From an uncultured Actinomycetes bacterium (GTDB lineage: Bacteria > Actinomycetota > UBA4738 > HRBIN12): a stretch of DNA of 64,000 nucleotides. This document shows positions 25,681-35,485 of this stretch, piece by piece. The notes under the pieces are model-generated. The model had not been told where the DNA came from, searched no databases, and saw only the letters and a program-made list of their open reading frames with translations. The DNA lies in contig CAVPLL010000001.1 of assembly GCA_963706005.1 (NCBI GenBank), forward strand, positions 97,603 to 161,602. The letters are read 5' to 3'. A program made the position numbers and the translations under genes. The first letter of the stretch is position 1, and each line of letters opens with the position of its first letter.

Positions 25681-26945
25681 CCCCCGTCCGCCGTGCCGTC
25701 CATCGGACGTTCCACGCGCTCGGGCATTCGCGGAACTTCCGCCTGTTCTTCATCGGTCAGGCGATCTCGGTCACCGGCACCTGGATGCAGATGGTGGCGG
25801 CGGCCTGGCTGGTGCTCCAGCTGACCGGCAGCGGGGTCGCGCTGGGCATCGACACCGCCCTCGCCTTCGGCCCGATGCTGGTGCTCGGGCCGCTCGGCGG
25901 GTCGCTCGCGGATCGCCACGACAAGCGGCGCATCCTGCTCGCCACGCAGGTGACGTTCGGGGCGCTCGCGTTGGCGCTGTGGGCGATCGTGGCGACCGGG
26001 GTCGTCGAGCTCTGGATGGTCTACGGGCTCTCGCTGCTGCAGGGGATCACGACGTCGATCGACCAACCCACGCGGCAGAGCTTCTTCGCCGAGATGGTCC
26101 AGGACCGAGATCTCCCGAACGCCGTGAGCCTGAACAGCGCGGTCATGACGGGAACCAGGATCGTCGGCCCGGCCCTGGCCGGCACGCTGATCGCCGGCAT
26201 CGGTCTGCAGTGGTGTTTCTTCGTGAACGCTGTCTCGTACCTCGGGGTGATCGCCGCGCTGCTCGCGATGCATGCCGATGAGCTTCGGCCGCAGCGGGCC
26301 GCGCGCGAGGCAGGTGCGATCCGTGCGGGACTGCGATACGCCTGGCGGACGGGCGAGCTCCGGCGACCGCTCCTGCTCATGTCGGTGCTGTACCTGTTCA
26401 CGTTCAACTACTCCGTGCTGATGCCGTTGTTCGCGGAACGGACCTTCGAGGGTGACGCCGGAACGCTCGCCCTGCTGTTCTCGGTTGCCGGCGTCGGCTC
26501 GCTCGCGGGAGCGCTCGTCATGGCCAGCCGCCCGAGGCCGGGAGAACGTCCGTTGGCGCTGGCGGCGATCGGTGTTGGCATCGTAACGACGCTCGTGGCG
26601 TTCGCCCCGAGCCTCGACGTGGCGGTCGTGTCGATGCTGCCGCTCGGCGTCGCCTCGATCGTGTTCTTCGTGACGGCGAACTCGACGCTGCAGCTCACGT
26701 CGCGGCCCGAGATGCGTGGGCGCGTCATGGCGCTCTACGGGATCGTGTTCCTCGGGACGACGCCGTTCGGCGCTCCGATCGCCGGATGGGTTGGCGAGCA
26801 CCTCGGGCCGCGGTTCGCGTTCGCCGCCGGCGGGGTCGTCGCGCTCGCGACCGGGATGATCGGCCTGTGGGTGCTCGCGAGACGAGGGCGCACCGATGGT
26901 CTCGAGCTCGAAGCGGTGCAGGAGCCCGGGGCGGTCGCCGCCTGA
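25677..26945 (+). CDS. MFS transporter (EntS/MFS_3-like)
   Basis: ATG at 25677. NFRLFFIGQAISVTGTWMQ...GGSLADRHDKRRIL. 12 TM segments. Confidence 0.85.
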   Translation: MTPVRRAVHRTFHALGHSRNFRLFFIGQAISVTGTWMQMVAAAWLVLQLTGSGVALGIDTALAFGPMLVLGPLGGSLADRHDKRRILLATQVTFGALALALWAIVATGVVELWMVYGLSLLQGITTSIDQPTRQSFFAEMVQDRDLPNAVSLNSAVMTGTRIVGPALAGTLIAGIGLQWCFFVNAVSYLGVIAALLAMHADELRPQRAAREAGAIRAGLRYAWRTGELRRPLLLMSVLYLFTFNYSVLMPLFAERTFEGDAGTLALLFSVAGVGSLAGALVMASRPRPGERPLALAAIGVGIVTTLVAFAPSLDVAVVSMLPLGVASIVFFVTANSTLQLTSRPEMRGRVMALYGIVFLGTTPFGAPIAGWVGEHLGPRFAFAAGGVVALATGMIGLWVLARRGRTDGLELEAVQEPGAVAA

Positions 26946-26990
26946 GCGGACGCCGAACGCCCAAGGGTGTCAGGAAGGAACAGCGGTTGG

Positions 26991-27028
26991 TCCGGCCGGA
27001 GCGAGGCCAACCCCCCGCTCCGGCCGGA
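26991..27028. terminator. bidirectional hairpin between convergent MFS and hypothetical genes
   Basis: TCCGGCCGGAGCG (26991-27003), 12-nt loop, CGCTCCGGCCGGA (27016-27028). Perfect 13-bp stem. Confidence 0.6.
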
Positions 27029-27045
27029 ACCGTCTGCGGGCGTCC

Positions 27046-27405
27046 TCAGATGCCGAGCTCAGCGCGCACCTTGCCGGCGCGCTCGAGCTGTGCGGGGATG
27101 CCCTCGCCGACCGTGAGCAGGTCGACCTGGAAGTGCTCGACGAGCACGAACGCCTTCTGGACGAGCCGCAGGTAGGGCTCCTCCTCCATCAGCTTGAAGA
27201 TCTCCGGAGCCGGGCCCCTCAGGATGAAGAACCCCGTCTCCGCTCCGTAGTCGCTCGTCATCAGGAAGTAGGGCTCGAAGTACGTGAGGACCTTCTTCGC
27301 GTACAGGTCGCGGAAGTACTTCATGCCCTCCTCGAACAGCTCGACCGCCTGACGCTCCCTTCCAGGCACGAGCTTCCCGAACCGGATCCACAACCCGATC
27401 TCCAT
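27046..27405 (-). CDS. hypothetical cytoplasmic protein (119 aa)
   Basis: ATG at 27405 with a G-rich SD upstream. High third-position GC. No recognisable motif. The rest of the 280-aa track ORF is Arg/Gly-rich shadow. Confidence 0.55.
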   Translation of the reverse strand: MEIGLWIRFGKLVPGRERQAVELFEEGMKYFRDLYAKKVLTYFEPYFLMTSDYGAETGFFILRGPAPEIFKLMEEEPYLRLVQKAFVLVEHFQVDLLTVGEGIPAQLERAGKVRAELGI

Positions 27406-27551
27406 GGTTCCCCCCTCTGGTTGCTCTCCACCCGGCCCGTCAGATGCCCCGGCCACCTTCCCGGATCGGGACCACAACCGTTGGTATCGTTCCCGGCCTC
27501 GCGCCGACGATGCAGGGTCGGGGGTCCCCCTCCAGGCGGGACCCGGGCGCT

Positions 27552-28304
27552 TCAGCCGCGTCGAGCGGCGATGTCGAGGCGCACGTAGTCGAGCTCGAGC
27601 CGCGGCAACCGGGCCGCCACGGCGTGCGCGAAGTCGCGGGCTCCGTCCTCCGTCATGTCTGCGACGTGATCGCCGAGCGCGACCGTCCGCAGGAACGTCT
27701 CCAGCGCCTCGACGGTCTCGAACGCCGTTGGCTCGCGGTGCAGCCAGCACTCCACGTCCACGAACCCGGCGGCCAGCAGGCGCTCCGACGTGCGCTCGGG
27801 CGTCGCGAACACCTTCCCGGTGAACGGATCCGCGCCGAGCTCCTCCAGCGCCCGAACGACCGTCGCGAGGTTCCCGGCGCCGCCGCATTGGGCGGCCAGC
27901 GCACCCCCCGGCCGAAGGGCCACCGCGAGGTGCCCGAACAGGAGGTCGTGATCGGGGACCCAGTGGAAGGTCGCGGTCGACAGGACGGCGTCCACGGGTT
28001 CGGTCAGCGGGAGCGGGCGCATCAGGTCGGCGACCACGAACCGCATCCGATCACCGAACCGCCGCAACCGCTCCCGCGCCTGCTCGATCATCGACGCCGA
28101 ACCGTCGAGCGCAACCACTCGGCCGCGCGGGAGCCGCTCGGCGAGGAGCTCGGTCACGCGTCCCGAGCCGCACCCGGCATCCAAGACCGTCTCGTCACCC
28201 TCGAGGACGAGCCGGGCGAGCACCCCGGAACCCCAGCGGAACTGTGGGTCGGCGATCCGGTCGTAGGTTGCGGCGTCCCAGTCGCGTGGCACGGCACCGC
28301 CCAC
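27552..28304 (-). CDS. class I SAM-dependent methyltransferase (trans-aconitate methyltransferase-like)
   Basis: WDAATYD...; motif I VLDAGCGSGRVT; VALDGSASMIEQA. Confidence 0.85.
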   Translation of the reverse strand: MGGAVPRDWDAATYDRIADPQFRWGSGVLARLVLEGDETVLDAGCGSGRVTELLAERLPRGRVVALDGSASMIEQARERLRRFGDRMRFVVADLMRPLPLTEPVDAVLSTATFHWVPDHDLLFGHLAVALRPGGALAAQCGGAGNLATVVRALEELGADPFTGKVFATPERTSERLLAAGFVDVECWLHREPTAFETVEALETFLRTVALGDHVADMTEDGARDFAHAVAARLPRLELDYVRLDIAARRG

Positions 28305-28367
28305 TTAAGCACCTACCCCAGCTCAGGGTCCTGTTCCTGGGAGGCTGCGCGGGCGGGGAAGGGCCTC

Positions 28368-30044
28368 ATGCCGGACGGGCTTGTCCGGATGCGACGACAC
28401 ACTAGAGTGCCCAAGGTGACACTCGACGCGAGGGATGCGCAGGCCGCGAAGGGGGCCGGGGTCGTCCTGCTGACACTGTGCGCCGGCCAGTTCCTGATGG
28501 CGCTCGACAGCTCGGTCATGAACGTCTCGATAGCGACCGTCGCCGACGATCTCGGCACGACGATCACGGGTATCCAGAGCGCGATCGTCCTCTACACGCT
28601 GGTGATGGCGATGCTGATGGTCACCGGCGGGAAGATCGGCTCGATCATCGGTCGCAAGCGGGCCTTCACGATCGGGCTCGTGATCTACTGCTCGGGTTCG
28701 TTGACGACGGCCCTGTCGCCGAACCTCGGCGTGCTTCTTCTCGGGTGGTCGGTCCTGGAGGGGATCGGGGCAGCCCTGATCATGCCCGCGATCGTCGCGC
28801 TCGTCGCGGGGAACTTCCCGCGCGAGGGCCGGCCGCGCGCGTACGGCCTCGTCGGGGCCGCCGGGGCGATCGCGATCGCCGTCGGGCCGTTGATCGGCGG
28901 GCTCGCCACGACGTACGCCTCGTGGCGGTGGGTGTTCGCGGGCGAGGTCATCGTCGGGGCGGGCATCGTCCTGTTCAGCCGCCGGATGGCCGACACGCCG
29001 GTCGAGAAGCCCCCCCACCTGGACCGGCTCGGCTCGCTGCTCTGGGCGCTCGGCATGGGACTGGTCGTCTTCGGCGTGCTCTTCTCCTCCGAGTGGGGAC
29101 TGATCAGGCCGAAGGACGACGGACCCTCGATCCTGGGCTTGTCCCCCGTGGTCTGGCTGATCCTCGGTGGGCTGCTCACGCTCCGGCTGTTCATGGACCA
29201 CATCCGCCGACTGGACGCCGCGGACGCGGAGCCACTCGTCACGCCGGCGCTGTTCCGCAACCGTCAGATGAACGGCGGGCTCCTGATGTTGTTCTTCCAG
29301 TTCGTGGTGATGATGGGGGTCTTCTTCGTGATCCCGCTGTACCTGTCGGTCGCCCTCGGGCTCTCGGCGATCGACACCGGCATCAAGATCACCCCGCTCT
29401 CGATCACGATGCTCCTGGCCGCGGCGGGCGTGCCGAAGTTCTTCCCAACGGCCTCGCCCCGGCGGGTGGTCGAGCTCGGTCTCGTGGCGGTCGTGATCGG
29501 GATCGTGGTCCTGTTGACGGCACTCGACGTGGATGCGAGCGCAAGCATCGTGACCGTCCCGCTGCTGCTGATGGGGCTCGGTTTCGGCGGCCTCGCCTCA
29601 CAGCTGGGGGCCGTCACCGTCTCGGCGGTCCCGGACGATCAGAGCCCCGAGGTCGGCGGCCTCCAGAACACGGCCACGCAGTTCGGCGCGTCGATCGGCG
29701 CCGCGCTCGCCGGAGCGATCCTGATCACCTCGCTGACGACCTCGTTCCTATCGGGCATCGCCGAGAACCCGGACGTCCCGCCGGAGGTCACCTCGCAGGC
29801 GACCGTGGAGCTCGCGAGCGGGATCCCGTTCATCTCCGACGCCGACCTCGAGGCGGCGCTCGAGGAAGCGGGGGCCACCCCCGAGATCACCCAGGCCGTC
29901 GTGGACGAGAACGAGCAGGCCCGATTGGACGGCCTCCGTTCCGCGCTCGCGCTCCTCGCGCTCGTCGCCGTGGTCGCCCTGTTCTTCACGAAGAGGATCC
30001 CGCAGCATCAGCCCGGCACCGCGGTGGCCGGCGGCTCGCCGTAG
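28368..30044 (+). CDS. MFS drug:H+ antiporter, 14-TM DHA2 (EmrB/QacA) type
   Basis: In-frame ATG at 28368. FLMALDSSVMNVSIATVADDLG, GGKIGSIIGRKRAF, WRWVF. The upstream 300 aa of the track ORF is antisense shadow. Confidence 0.85.
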   Translation: MPDGLVRMRRHTRVPKVTLDARDAQAAKGAGVVLLTLCAGQFLMALDSSVMNVSIATVADDLGTTITGIQSAIVLYTLVMAMLMVTGGKIGSIIGRKRAFTIGLVIYCSGSLTTALSPNLGVLLLGWSVLEGIGAALIMPAIVALVAGNFPREGRPRAYGLVGAAGAIAIAVGPLIGGLATTYASWRWVFAGEVIVGAGIVLFSRRMADTPVEKPPHLDRLGSLLWALGMGLVVFGVLFSSEWGLIRPKDDGPSILGLSPVVWLILGGLLTLRLFMDHIRRLDAADAEPLVTPALFRNRQMNGGLLMLFFQFVVMMGVFFVIPLYLSVALGLSAIDTGIKITPLSITMLLAAAGVPKFFPTASPRRVVELGLVAVVIGIVVLLTALDVDASASIVTVPLLLMGLGFGGLASQLGAVTVSAVPDDQSPEVGGLQNTATQFGASIGAALAGAILITSLTTSFLSGIAENPDVPPEVTSQATVELASGIPFISDADLEAALEEAGATPEITQAVVDENEQARLDGLRSALALLALVAVVALFFTKRIPQHQPGTAVAGGSP

Positions 30045-30062
30045 CCGACCGTCGCCGGGGTG

Positions 30063-30854
30063 CTAGGTCCCCGTCGCGGAGAAGTGCATGTAGTCCTTGT
30101 CGCCGCTCCAGTTCCCGCCCCATTCCCACCCGATGGCGGCGAAGGAGCGGACCACGACGTCGCCCTCGTGGACCATCCCCTCGAGGTTCCGGCCGCGGTC
30201 GGTGTACGGCTCGGCAGCTCGGTTGCGCACGAAGCCGTCGCTGGTCACGTACGGGTTCTGCAGGGGGTTGAGGTCGATCGCCAGGCCGTAGGCGTGCTGC
30301 GAGTAGTTGCCGCCCGGGCCGAGCGCGGTCACCACCGGCCGGCAGTTGAACGACGCCGTGTTGCTGCGCTGGCTCGTGATGCGCCGGTGCTGAGCGAACG
30401 CCTTCGGGTGGAACGGGGTGGACAGGCCGACGTGCTTGATCGGGAACCGGGCGTCGAACAGCCGGTGGAACACCCAGAGCACGTCCTCGGCTTCGGACGC
30501 GTTCACGATCATCGGACCGCGCCGGATCACACCGTCGAACCCCCAGTAGTTGAAGTGCAGGAGCCGGAGGTCACCGAGCGGCACCGGGCAGCCGGGCTTC
30601 CACGTCGTCCCGCGCAGCTCCGCGCTGAGGGCAGCTGGGAGCGCGTCGATCTTGCCGTGGAACCCCGAGCGCTCGACGGGCTCCGGATCGACGGGGTCGG
30701 GGCCCGTCGTGGCGGACGCCCCGCTCGTCTCGGCGGGCGAGACCGACGTGGACGTCGCCTCGGCCGCGGGGCGTTCGGCGACGGCGGACGTGGTGCACGC
30801 CGACAGGATCGTCGAGAGCAGGAGCGCGAGGGCGAAGCCTCGCGGCGACGTCAT
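30063..30854 (-). CDS. M15-family D-Ala-D-Ala carboxypeptidase-like lipoprotein (VanY-like)
   Basis: ATG at 30854 overlaps the kinase stop (ATGA). Lipobox LSAC. Zinc ligands SQHAYGLAIDL (H-x6-D) and DYMHF. Confidence 0.8.
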   Translation of the reverse strand: MTSPRGFALALLLSTILSACTTSAVAERPAAEATSTSVSPAETSGASATTGPDPVDPEPVERSGFHGKIDALPAALSAELRGTTWKPGCPVPLGDLRLLHFNYWGFDGVIRRGPMIVNASEAEDVLWVFHRLFDARFPIKHVGLSTPFHPKAFAQHRRITSQRSNTASFNCRPVVTALGPGGNYSQHAYGLAIDLNPLQNPYVTSDGFVRNRAAEPYTDRGRNLEGMVHEGDVVVRSFAAIGWEWGGNWSGDKDYMHFSATGT

Positions 30855-32497
30855 GGCAGGAACTGCTCCTCGATGCGGGTCACGATCCCGTTCTCGATCG
30901 TCACCCAGTAGGGGGAAAGGCTCCCCGCGTACAACCGGCCGTCGATCTCGACGAACTGCTTCTGGCCGAGCGCCGAGGCGAAGGCGTCGAGGTCGGCCCC
31001 AGGCCTCGGGTCGCAGCACCGGTTCCAGTCGATCAGCGCCAGCTTCGCCGAGGGATCCACCGTCAGGTTCCGGATCGTCGTGTTGTCGTTCACGATGTAG
31101 ACGTCGTTGGGGACGGGGACCTCGTCGCCGCGTTGCGCGGCCTGCTGGTTCGCCTCCTCGCCCGTGTAGAAGCAGGCGAGGTCGAATGCCACCGCCCCCG
31201 AGACGGTGTCGAGGCGCTCCACGTAGCCGAAGTGGGTGCCGTCCGGGAGGATGGTCGGCGCCGGGCCGCCCGAGCAGCCGGGTTGGCCCGCCGCCGACCC
31301 GGTCGCGCCCGTCGCACCCGTCGCCGACGTCGCGCCGGTGGCCGACGTGGGTCCCGTGGCCGACGTGGGTCCGGTCGATCCCGTCGCCCCGTCGGTGGTG
31401 CCGGTCGGGCCACCGGTGGGTCCGACCGCCGGCTCGTTGCCGCCCCCGAGGGCGATCGCGCCGACGGTGGCCGCGATCGCGACGACCGCGACGACCGCCG
31501 CGATCACGGCCCAACGGCCTCGCCGGCCGGGGGGCGTGGTGACCGGGGTGTCCGAGGGCCCGGGCGGGGCCGGTGGGACGGTCTCGGGCGGGGTGGTCCC
31601 GGGACCCGAGGGGGCCGGGGGTGGGGCGAGGATCGTCGGGTTCGGGACCGTCGCCGGCTCGGTGAGCGCGGTCCGAGCGGCCCGCACGAACCCCTGGCAG
31701 GTGTCGAAGCGCTCGCCCTTGTCCCTGTCCATCGCGCGCGCCACGGCGTCGGCCAGGGCCTCGGGGAGTTCCGGGCGCAGGGCCGTCACGCGCGGCCGTT
31801 CCTCCTCGATGTGCGCGAACAGGGTGGCGACGTCCTGATCCTTGGTGAACGGCACCTCGCCGGTCAGGCATTCGAACGCGACGCATCCGAGCGAGTACTG
31901 GTCGGTCCGCCCGTCCACCTCGCTCCCGCGGATCTGCTCGGGCGCTACGTAGTCGACGGTCCCGAGGAACGTGCCCGTCTTGGTCAGGCCGCTCTTGGAC
32001 GAGACGTGCTTGGTGAGGCCGAAGTCGGTGAGGAACGCGTGCTCCTCGTCGCCGTCGACCGCGAGCAGGATGTTGCCGGGCTTGACGTCGCGGTGGACGA
32101 GTCCCGCCCGGTGGGCGGCGTCGAGGGCGCTCGCGACCTGCCCCATGATCGTGAGGGTCCGCTCGGGATCCATCGGGCCGCCCTCCGTGATGACGCGGCG
32201 CAGGTCGGTCCCCCGGATCACGCGCATCGCGAGGTACAGGACGCCGTCGACCTCCCCGGCGTCGTAGACGGGAACGATGTTGGGGTGCTCGAGGTTCGCG
32301 GCCATCTTGGCCTCGCGGACGAACCGGGTCCGGAACCCCTCGTTCTCCGAGAGCTCCTCAGACATCACCTTGAGGGCGACGGCCCGTTCGAGCTTGGTGT
32401 GCCGGGCGAGGTAGACGACACTCATCCCACCGCGACCGATCACCGATTCGATCGTGTAGTCGCCGAGGGTGCTGCCGATGCGGGCGTCGGGGGGCAC
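30851..32497 (-). CDS. transmembrane Ser/Thr protein kinase with non-PASTA ectodomain
   Basis: Canonical GRGGMSVVY, VALKV, HRDVKPGNIL, DFGLTK, APE. TM AVIAAVVAVVAIAATVGAIAL. Gly/Thr/Ser/Pro linker, then a Cys-containing C-terminal domain. Confidence 0.9.
   Translation of the reverse strand: MPPDARIGSTLGDYTIESVIGRGGMSVVYLARHTKLERAVALKVMSEELSENEGFRTRFVREAKMAANLEHPNIVPVYDAGEVDGVLYLAMRVIRGTDLRRVITEGGPMDPERTLTIMGQVASALDAAHRAGLVHRDVKPGNILLAVDGDEEHAFLTDFGLTKHVSSKSGLTKTGTFLGTVDYVAPEQIRGSEVDGRTDQYSLGCVAFECLTGEVPFTKDQDVATLFAHIEEERPRVTALRPELPEALADAVARAMDRDKGERFDTCQGFVRAARTALTEPATVPNPTILAPPPAPSGPGTTPPETVPPAPPGPSDTPVTTPPGRRGRWAVIAAVVAVVAIAATVGAIALGGGNEPAVGPTGGPTGTTDGATGSTGPTSATGPTSATGATSATGATGATGSAAGQPGCSGGPAPTILPDGTHFGYVERLDTVSGAVAFDLACFYTGEEANQQAAQRGDEVPVPNDVYIVNDNTTIRNLTVDPSAKLALIDWNRCCDPRPGADLDAFASALGQKQFVEIDGRLYAGSLSPYWVTIENGIVTRIEEQFLP
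31302..31373 (-). repeat. 9/18-nt tandem repeat inside the kinase linker
   Basis: Two near-identical 18-mers, GTGGCCGACGTGGGTCC(C/G), at 31338-31355 and 31356-31373, preceded by degenerate copies from 31302. They encode GPTSATGPTSATGATSATGATGATG. Confidence 0.6.
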
Positions 32498-32541
32498 GAG
32501 GAGAATGTTCTACCACCGGACCGCCTCCACCGGACGACGGA

Positions 32542-33997
32542 TCAGCCGAGCTCCCGCTCGAGCGTCCAGGCGCCGTCGGGTTCGACCTTCGAGACCTCGA
32601 TCGTCGTCCCGTCCTGCATCCGCAGGCGGTAGCGTGTCCGGCGAACGCCGTCGGTCTCCTCGAGCGAGCGCCGCTCGACCTCGACCGTCTCCTCGACCCC
32701 GCCCCACACGACGGCCCGCGGATCCTCCTCGGCGCGAGCGCCCTCGTAGAACCGCAGCGAGAGCTCGGGGATCCGTCCGATCCATCGGGGCAGGACCGGG
32801 CTCCACAGGATGAAGACGATGCCGACGATCGCGACCGTCCCCGCCTCGCCGAACGCGTTCCTCAGCGGGATCGCGAGGAACGCGGCCGCGACCCTCGGAC
32901 AGGTTGTAGGCGACGTCGTAGACCGCGAACACCCGGCCCCGGTACCCGTCGGGGATCGCCTCCTGCACCATCGTGTCGACGGGGATCTTCTTCCACGCGA
33001 ACGTGAGCCCAACCGCGAAGCTCGCGATCAGGACGCTCCATCCGGTGATGACCAGGGAGACCGCGATCAGCACGAGGCCGCCCGCGAGGAACGCGCGCGC
33101 GACGATCCGCTCCTTCGGGTACCGCTCCTCGAGCTTGCCCACGGTGAGGATGCCGAGGAGCACCCCCAACCCGCCGGCCCCGATCAGGTTCGAGAACGAC
33201 CCGACGCCCTCCTCGAATCGGTGGCGGAACACGAACAGCGAGAGCACGAGCACGATCCCTTGCCCGACCTGATCGAGCGTGATCGACGTGATCGGGCCGA
33301 GGGCGCGCGGCGTTCGCGCGAGCCGGGTGATCCCGTCGGCGAACTCGCGTCCGACGCGCCGCAGTTCGTCCCGGACGGGCGTCTCGGGCACGTGGTGGGG
33401 AACCAGGGGGCTCCGGATCCTCGTCGCCACGAGCGATGCGACCAGCCACTCGACGCCCGCGAGCGCGATCACTGGCACGTCGCCGACCAGGTCGGCCATC
33501 CATCCGCCGACGAACACGCCGAGGAGCAGCGCCACGGTGCCGCCCACCGTGGCCATCGAATTCGCCATCAGCAGGTCCTCGGTCGGGACCAGGCGCGGGA
33601 CCACCGCGACGGCCGTCGCCAGGTAGAAGCGGTTCACCGACAGCACCCAGAGCGCCCCGCCGAAGAACAGCACCGGGGCCGCTTTCGGGTCGAACAGCAC
33701 CAGCCATATCGGTGCCGCGCGCAGCAATGGCGCGATGACGAGGATCTTCCGTCGGGACCACCGGTCGATGAATACCCCCGTGAACGGGCCGAGGATCGAG
33801 AACGGCAGAGACACCACGAGCGTCGCGATCGCGAAGCCGAGGATCGTGTTCTGCTCCTCCGGGTTGAACACGATCGAGGAGATGAGCGCCGCCTGGAACA
33901 GGCCGTCACCCGACTGCGTGATCAGCCGGATCGTGAACAGGCGCCGGAAGTCGTCGCTCCGCAGGGCCTCGCGGGCGCGTTGCCGGGTCGGCTTCAC
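32542..33997 (-). pseudogene. MFS transporter interrupted by a 1-nt frameshift near 32896
   Basis: The frame of ORF 32510..33997 encodes TM1-10 up to ...GRVFAVYDVAYNLS, then turns into Arg/Gly junk. The frame of ORF 32542..33012 continues sensibly: RVAAAFLAIPLRNAFGEAGTVAIVGIVFILW... Confidence 0.6.
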
Positions 33998-34033
33998 ACC
34001 GACGATGGTAGGTGCAGGCGCTGCGGTCGGCCG

Positions 34034-34885
34034 CTACCTCCGCAGGAACGGGACGATCGCGCCAAAGTCCTCGTCGCCGAGCCCCGCCTCGATCGCCTCG
34101 TCGCACCGGGCCGCGGCCGTCCGGGCGACCGTGAGGCCGGCGCCCTCGCGTTCGGCCTCGTCGAACACGATCGCGAGGTCCTTGCGCGCGAGCGCGAGAC
34201 GGAAGTAGGAGGGCTGGTCCTCGCCCAACAGGCGCGGGCGCCACCGTTCGATCAGCGAGGCGAGCGGGCCGGCCGCCAGGCCCTCGAGCACGGCCTCGGT
34301 CTGCAACCCCGCGCGATCGGTGAGCGCGAGCAGCTCGCCGAGCGCCACCAGGGTCGCGATCGACGCCGCGTTGTTGACGAGCTTCAGCCATGCTCCGGAT
34401 CCCGACGGTCCGACGTAGAGCGGCGTCCCGAGGATCGACAGGAGCTCGGTGTTTCGGTCGAACACCGCCCGGTCCCCGCCGACGAGGATCACGAGGCGGC
34501 CGGTCTCCACCGACGGGACGCTACCCAGCACGGGGGCGTCGAGCACCGCGACCGGCTCGAGCCGCCCGACCGCGGAGGCGATCGCGGTCGGCCCCACCGT
34601 CGACATCTCGATCAGCGTCGCCGTCCGCGGGATCGCGGCCGCCGCGCCGTCGGGTCCGACCAGCACCTCCTCGAGGGCCGGCGGATCGTTCAGCATCGTG
34701 ATGACGACCTCCGCGTCCGAAACGGCGTCCGCCGGCGTCGCGCTTCGACGGGCGCCGGCCCGGACGAGCTCCTCGTCCCGGCCGGGCGTGCGGTTCCACA
34801 CGGAGAGCCCGTGACCGGCGTCCAGCAACCGGGCCGCGATCGCGCGTCCCATCGCGCCGAGACCGAGGACCGCGACCGAGGTCAT
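34034..34885 (-). CDS. NAD(P)-dependent oxidoreductase, 3-hydroxyisobutyrate/6-phosphogluconate dehydrogenase-like
   Basis: ATG at 34885 overlaps the ridA stop (ATGA). Rossmann motif VAVLGLGAMGRAIAARL; GSGAWLKLVNN. Confidence 0.85.
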   Translation of the reverse strand: MTSVAVLGLGAMGRAIAARLLDAGHGLSVWNRTPGRDEELVRAGARRSATPADAVSDAEVVITMLNDPPALEEVLVGPDGAAAAIPRTATLIEMSTVGPTAIASAVGRLEPVAVLDAPVLGSVPSVETGRLVILVGGDRAVFDRNTELLSILGTPLYVGPSGSGAWLKLVNNAASIATLVALGELLALTDRAGLQTEAVLEGLAAGPLASLIERWRPRLLGEDQPSYFRLALARKDLAIVFDEAEREGAGLTVARTAAARCDEAIEAGLGDEDFGAIVPFLRR

Positions 34886-35283
34886 GCGGGCACCACCGCC
34901 ACGAGGTCGACCTCGATCATCGCGTCGGGAACGACGAGCGCGACCACCTGGACGGCCGTGCTCGCCGGCGGCTCGGCCGTCAGGTACCTGCTGCGGATCT
35001 CGCGCATCGCGGCGAGGTCGTCGAGCGTCGTGAGGTACGTCCCGATCTTGACGACGTCGGCGAACGTCGCCCCGTTCGCCTCCAGGATCGCCTTGAGGTT
35101 CTCGAACACCTGCCGGGTCTGGGCGCGCAGGTCGCCGGGCCCGACGAGGGTGCCCTCGAGGTCGGCGGCGATCTGCCCCGAGACGTGGATCCAGACGGCG
35201 TCCGCGGTCTGGACGCGCACGGCCTGGGAGTAGGTGCCCATCGGCGCCGCGACGCTGTTGGGGTTCGAAGGGGTTACTCGCAT
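34882..35283 (-). CDS. ridA: RidA/YjgF-family reactive-intermediate deaminase
   Basis: ATG at 35283. APMGTYSQAV...VSGQIA...QVFENLKAILEANG...VVKIGTYL. Confidence 0.85.
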   Translation of the reverse strand: MRVTPSNPNSVAAPMGTYSQAVRVQTADAVWIHVSGQIAADLEGTLVGPGDLRAQTRQVFENLKAILEANGATFADVVKIGTYLTTLDDLAAMREIRSRYLTAEPPASTAVQVVALVVPDAMIEVDLVAVVPA

Positions 35284-35485
35284 GGTCGGCTCCTTCCGTG
35301 TCCCTGCGAGACAGGGTACGGAGGGACAGAGATGGAGACACACGTCCGATACCCAAGGACGATCGACGAAGGGGTGCGGAACATCTCCGCGCCCTCGAGG
35401 CTTGCCCTGAAGGACCCCGCGTTCGGTGCCCGACGATCGCCGAACTCCGGGCGGTGGCGGTGGCTGTGTCAGCCGATCCGGATCC

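Noticed and set aside
35284-35485. The 202-nt gap between ino1 and ridA as a hidden gene or ncRNA
   Set aside because: Only weak, short hairpins are present and there is no convincing ORF. The plus-strand ORF 35185..35559 is Arg/Pro-rich. I found no recognisable RNA motif, so it is left unannotated.
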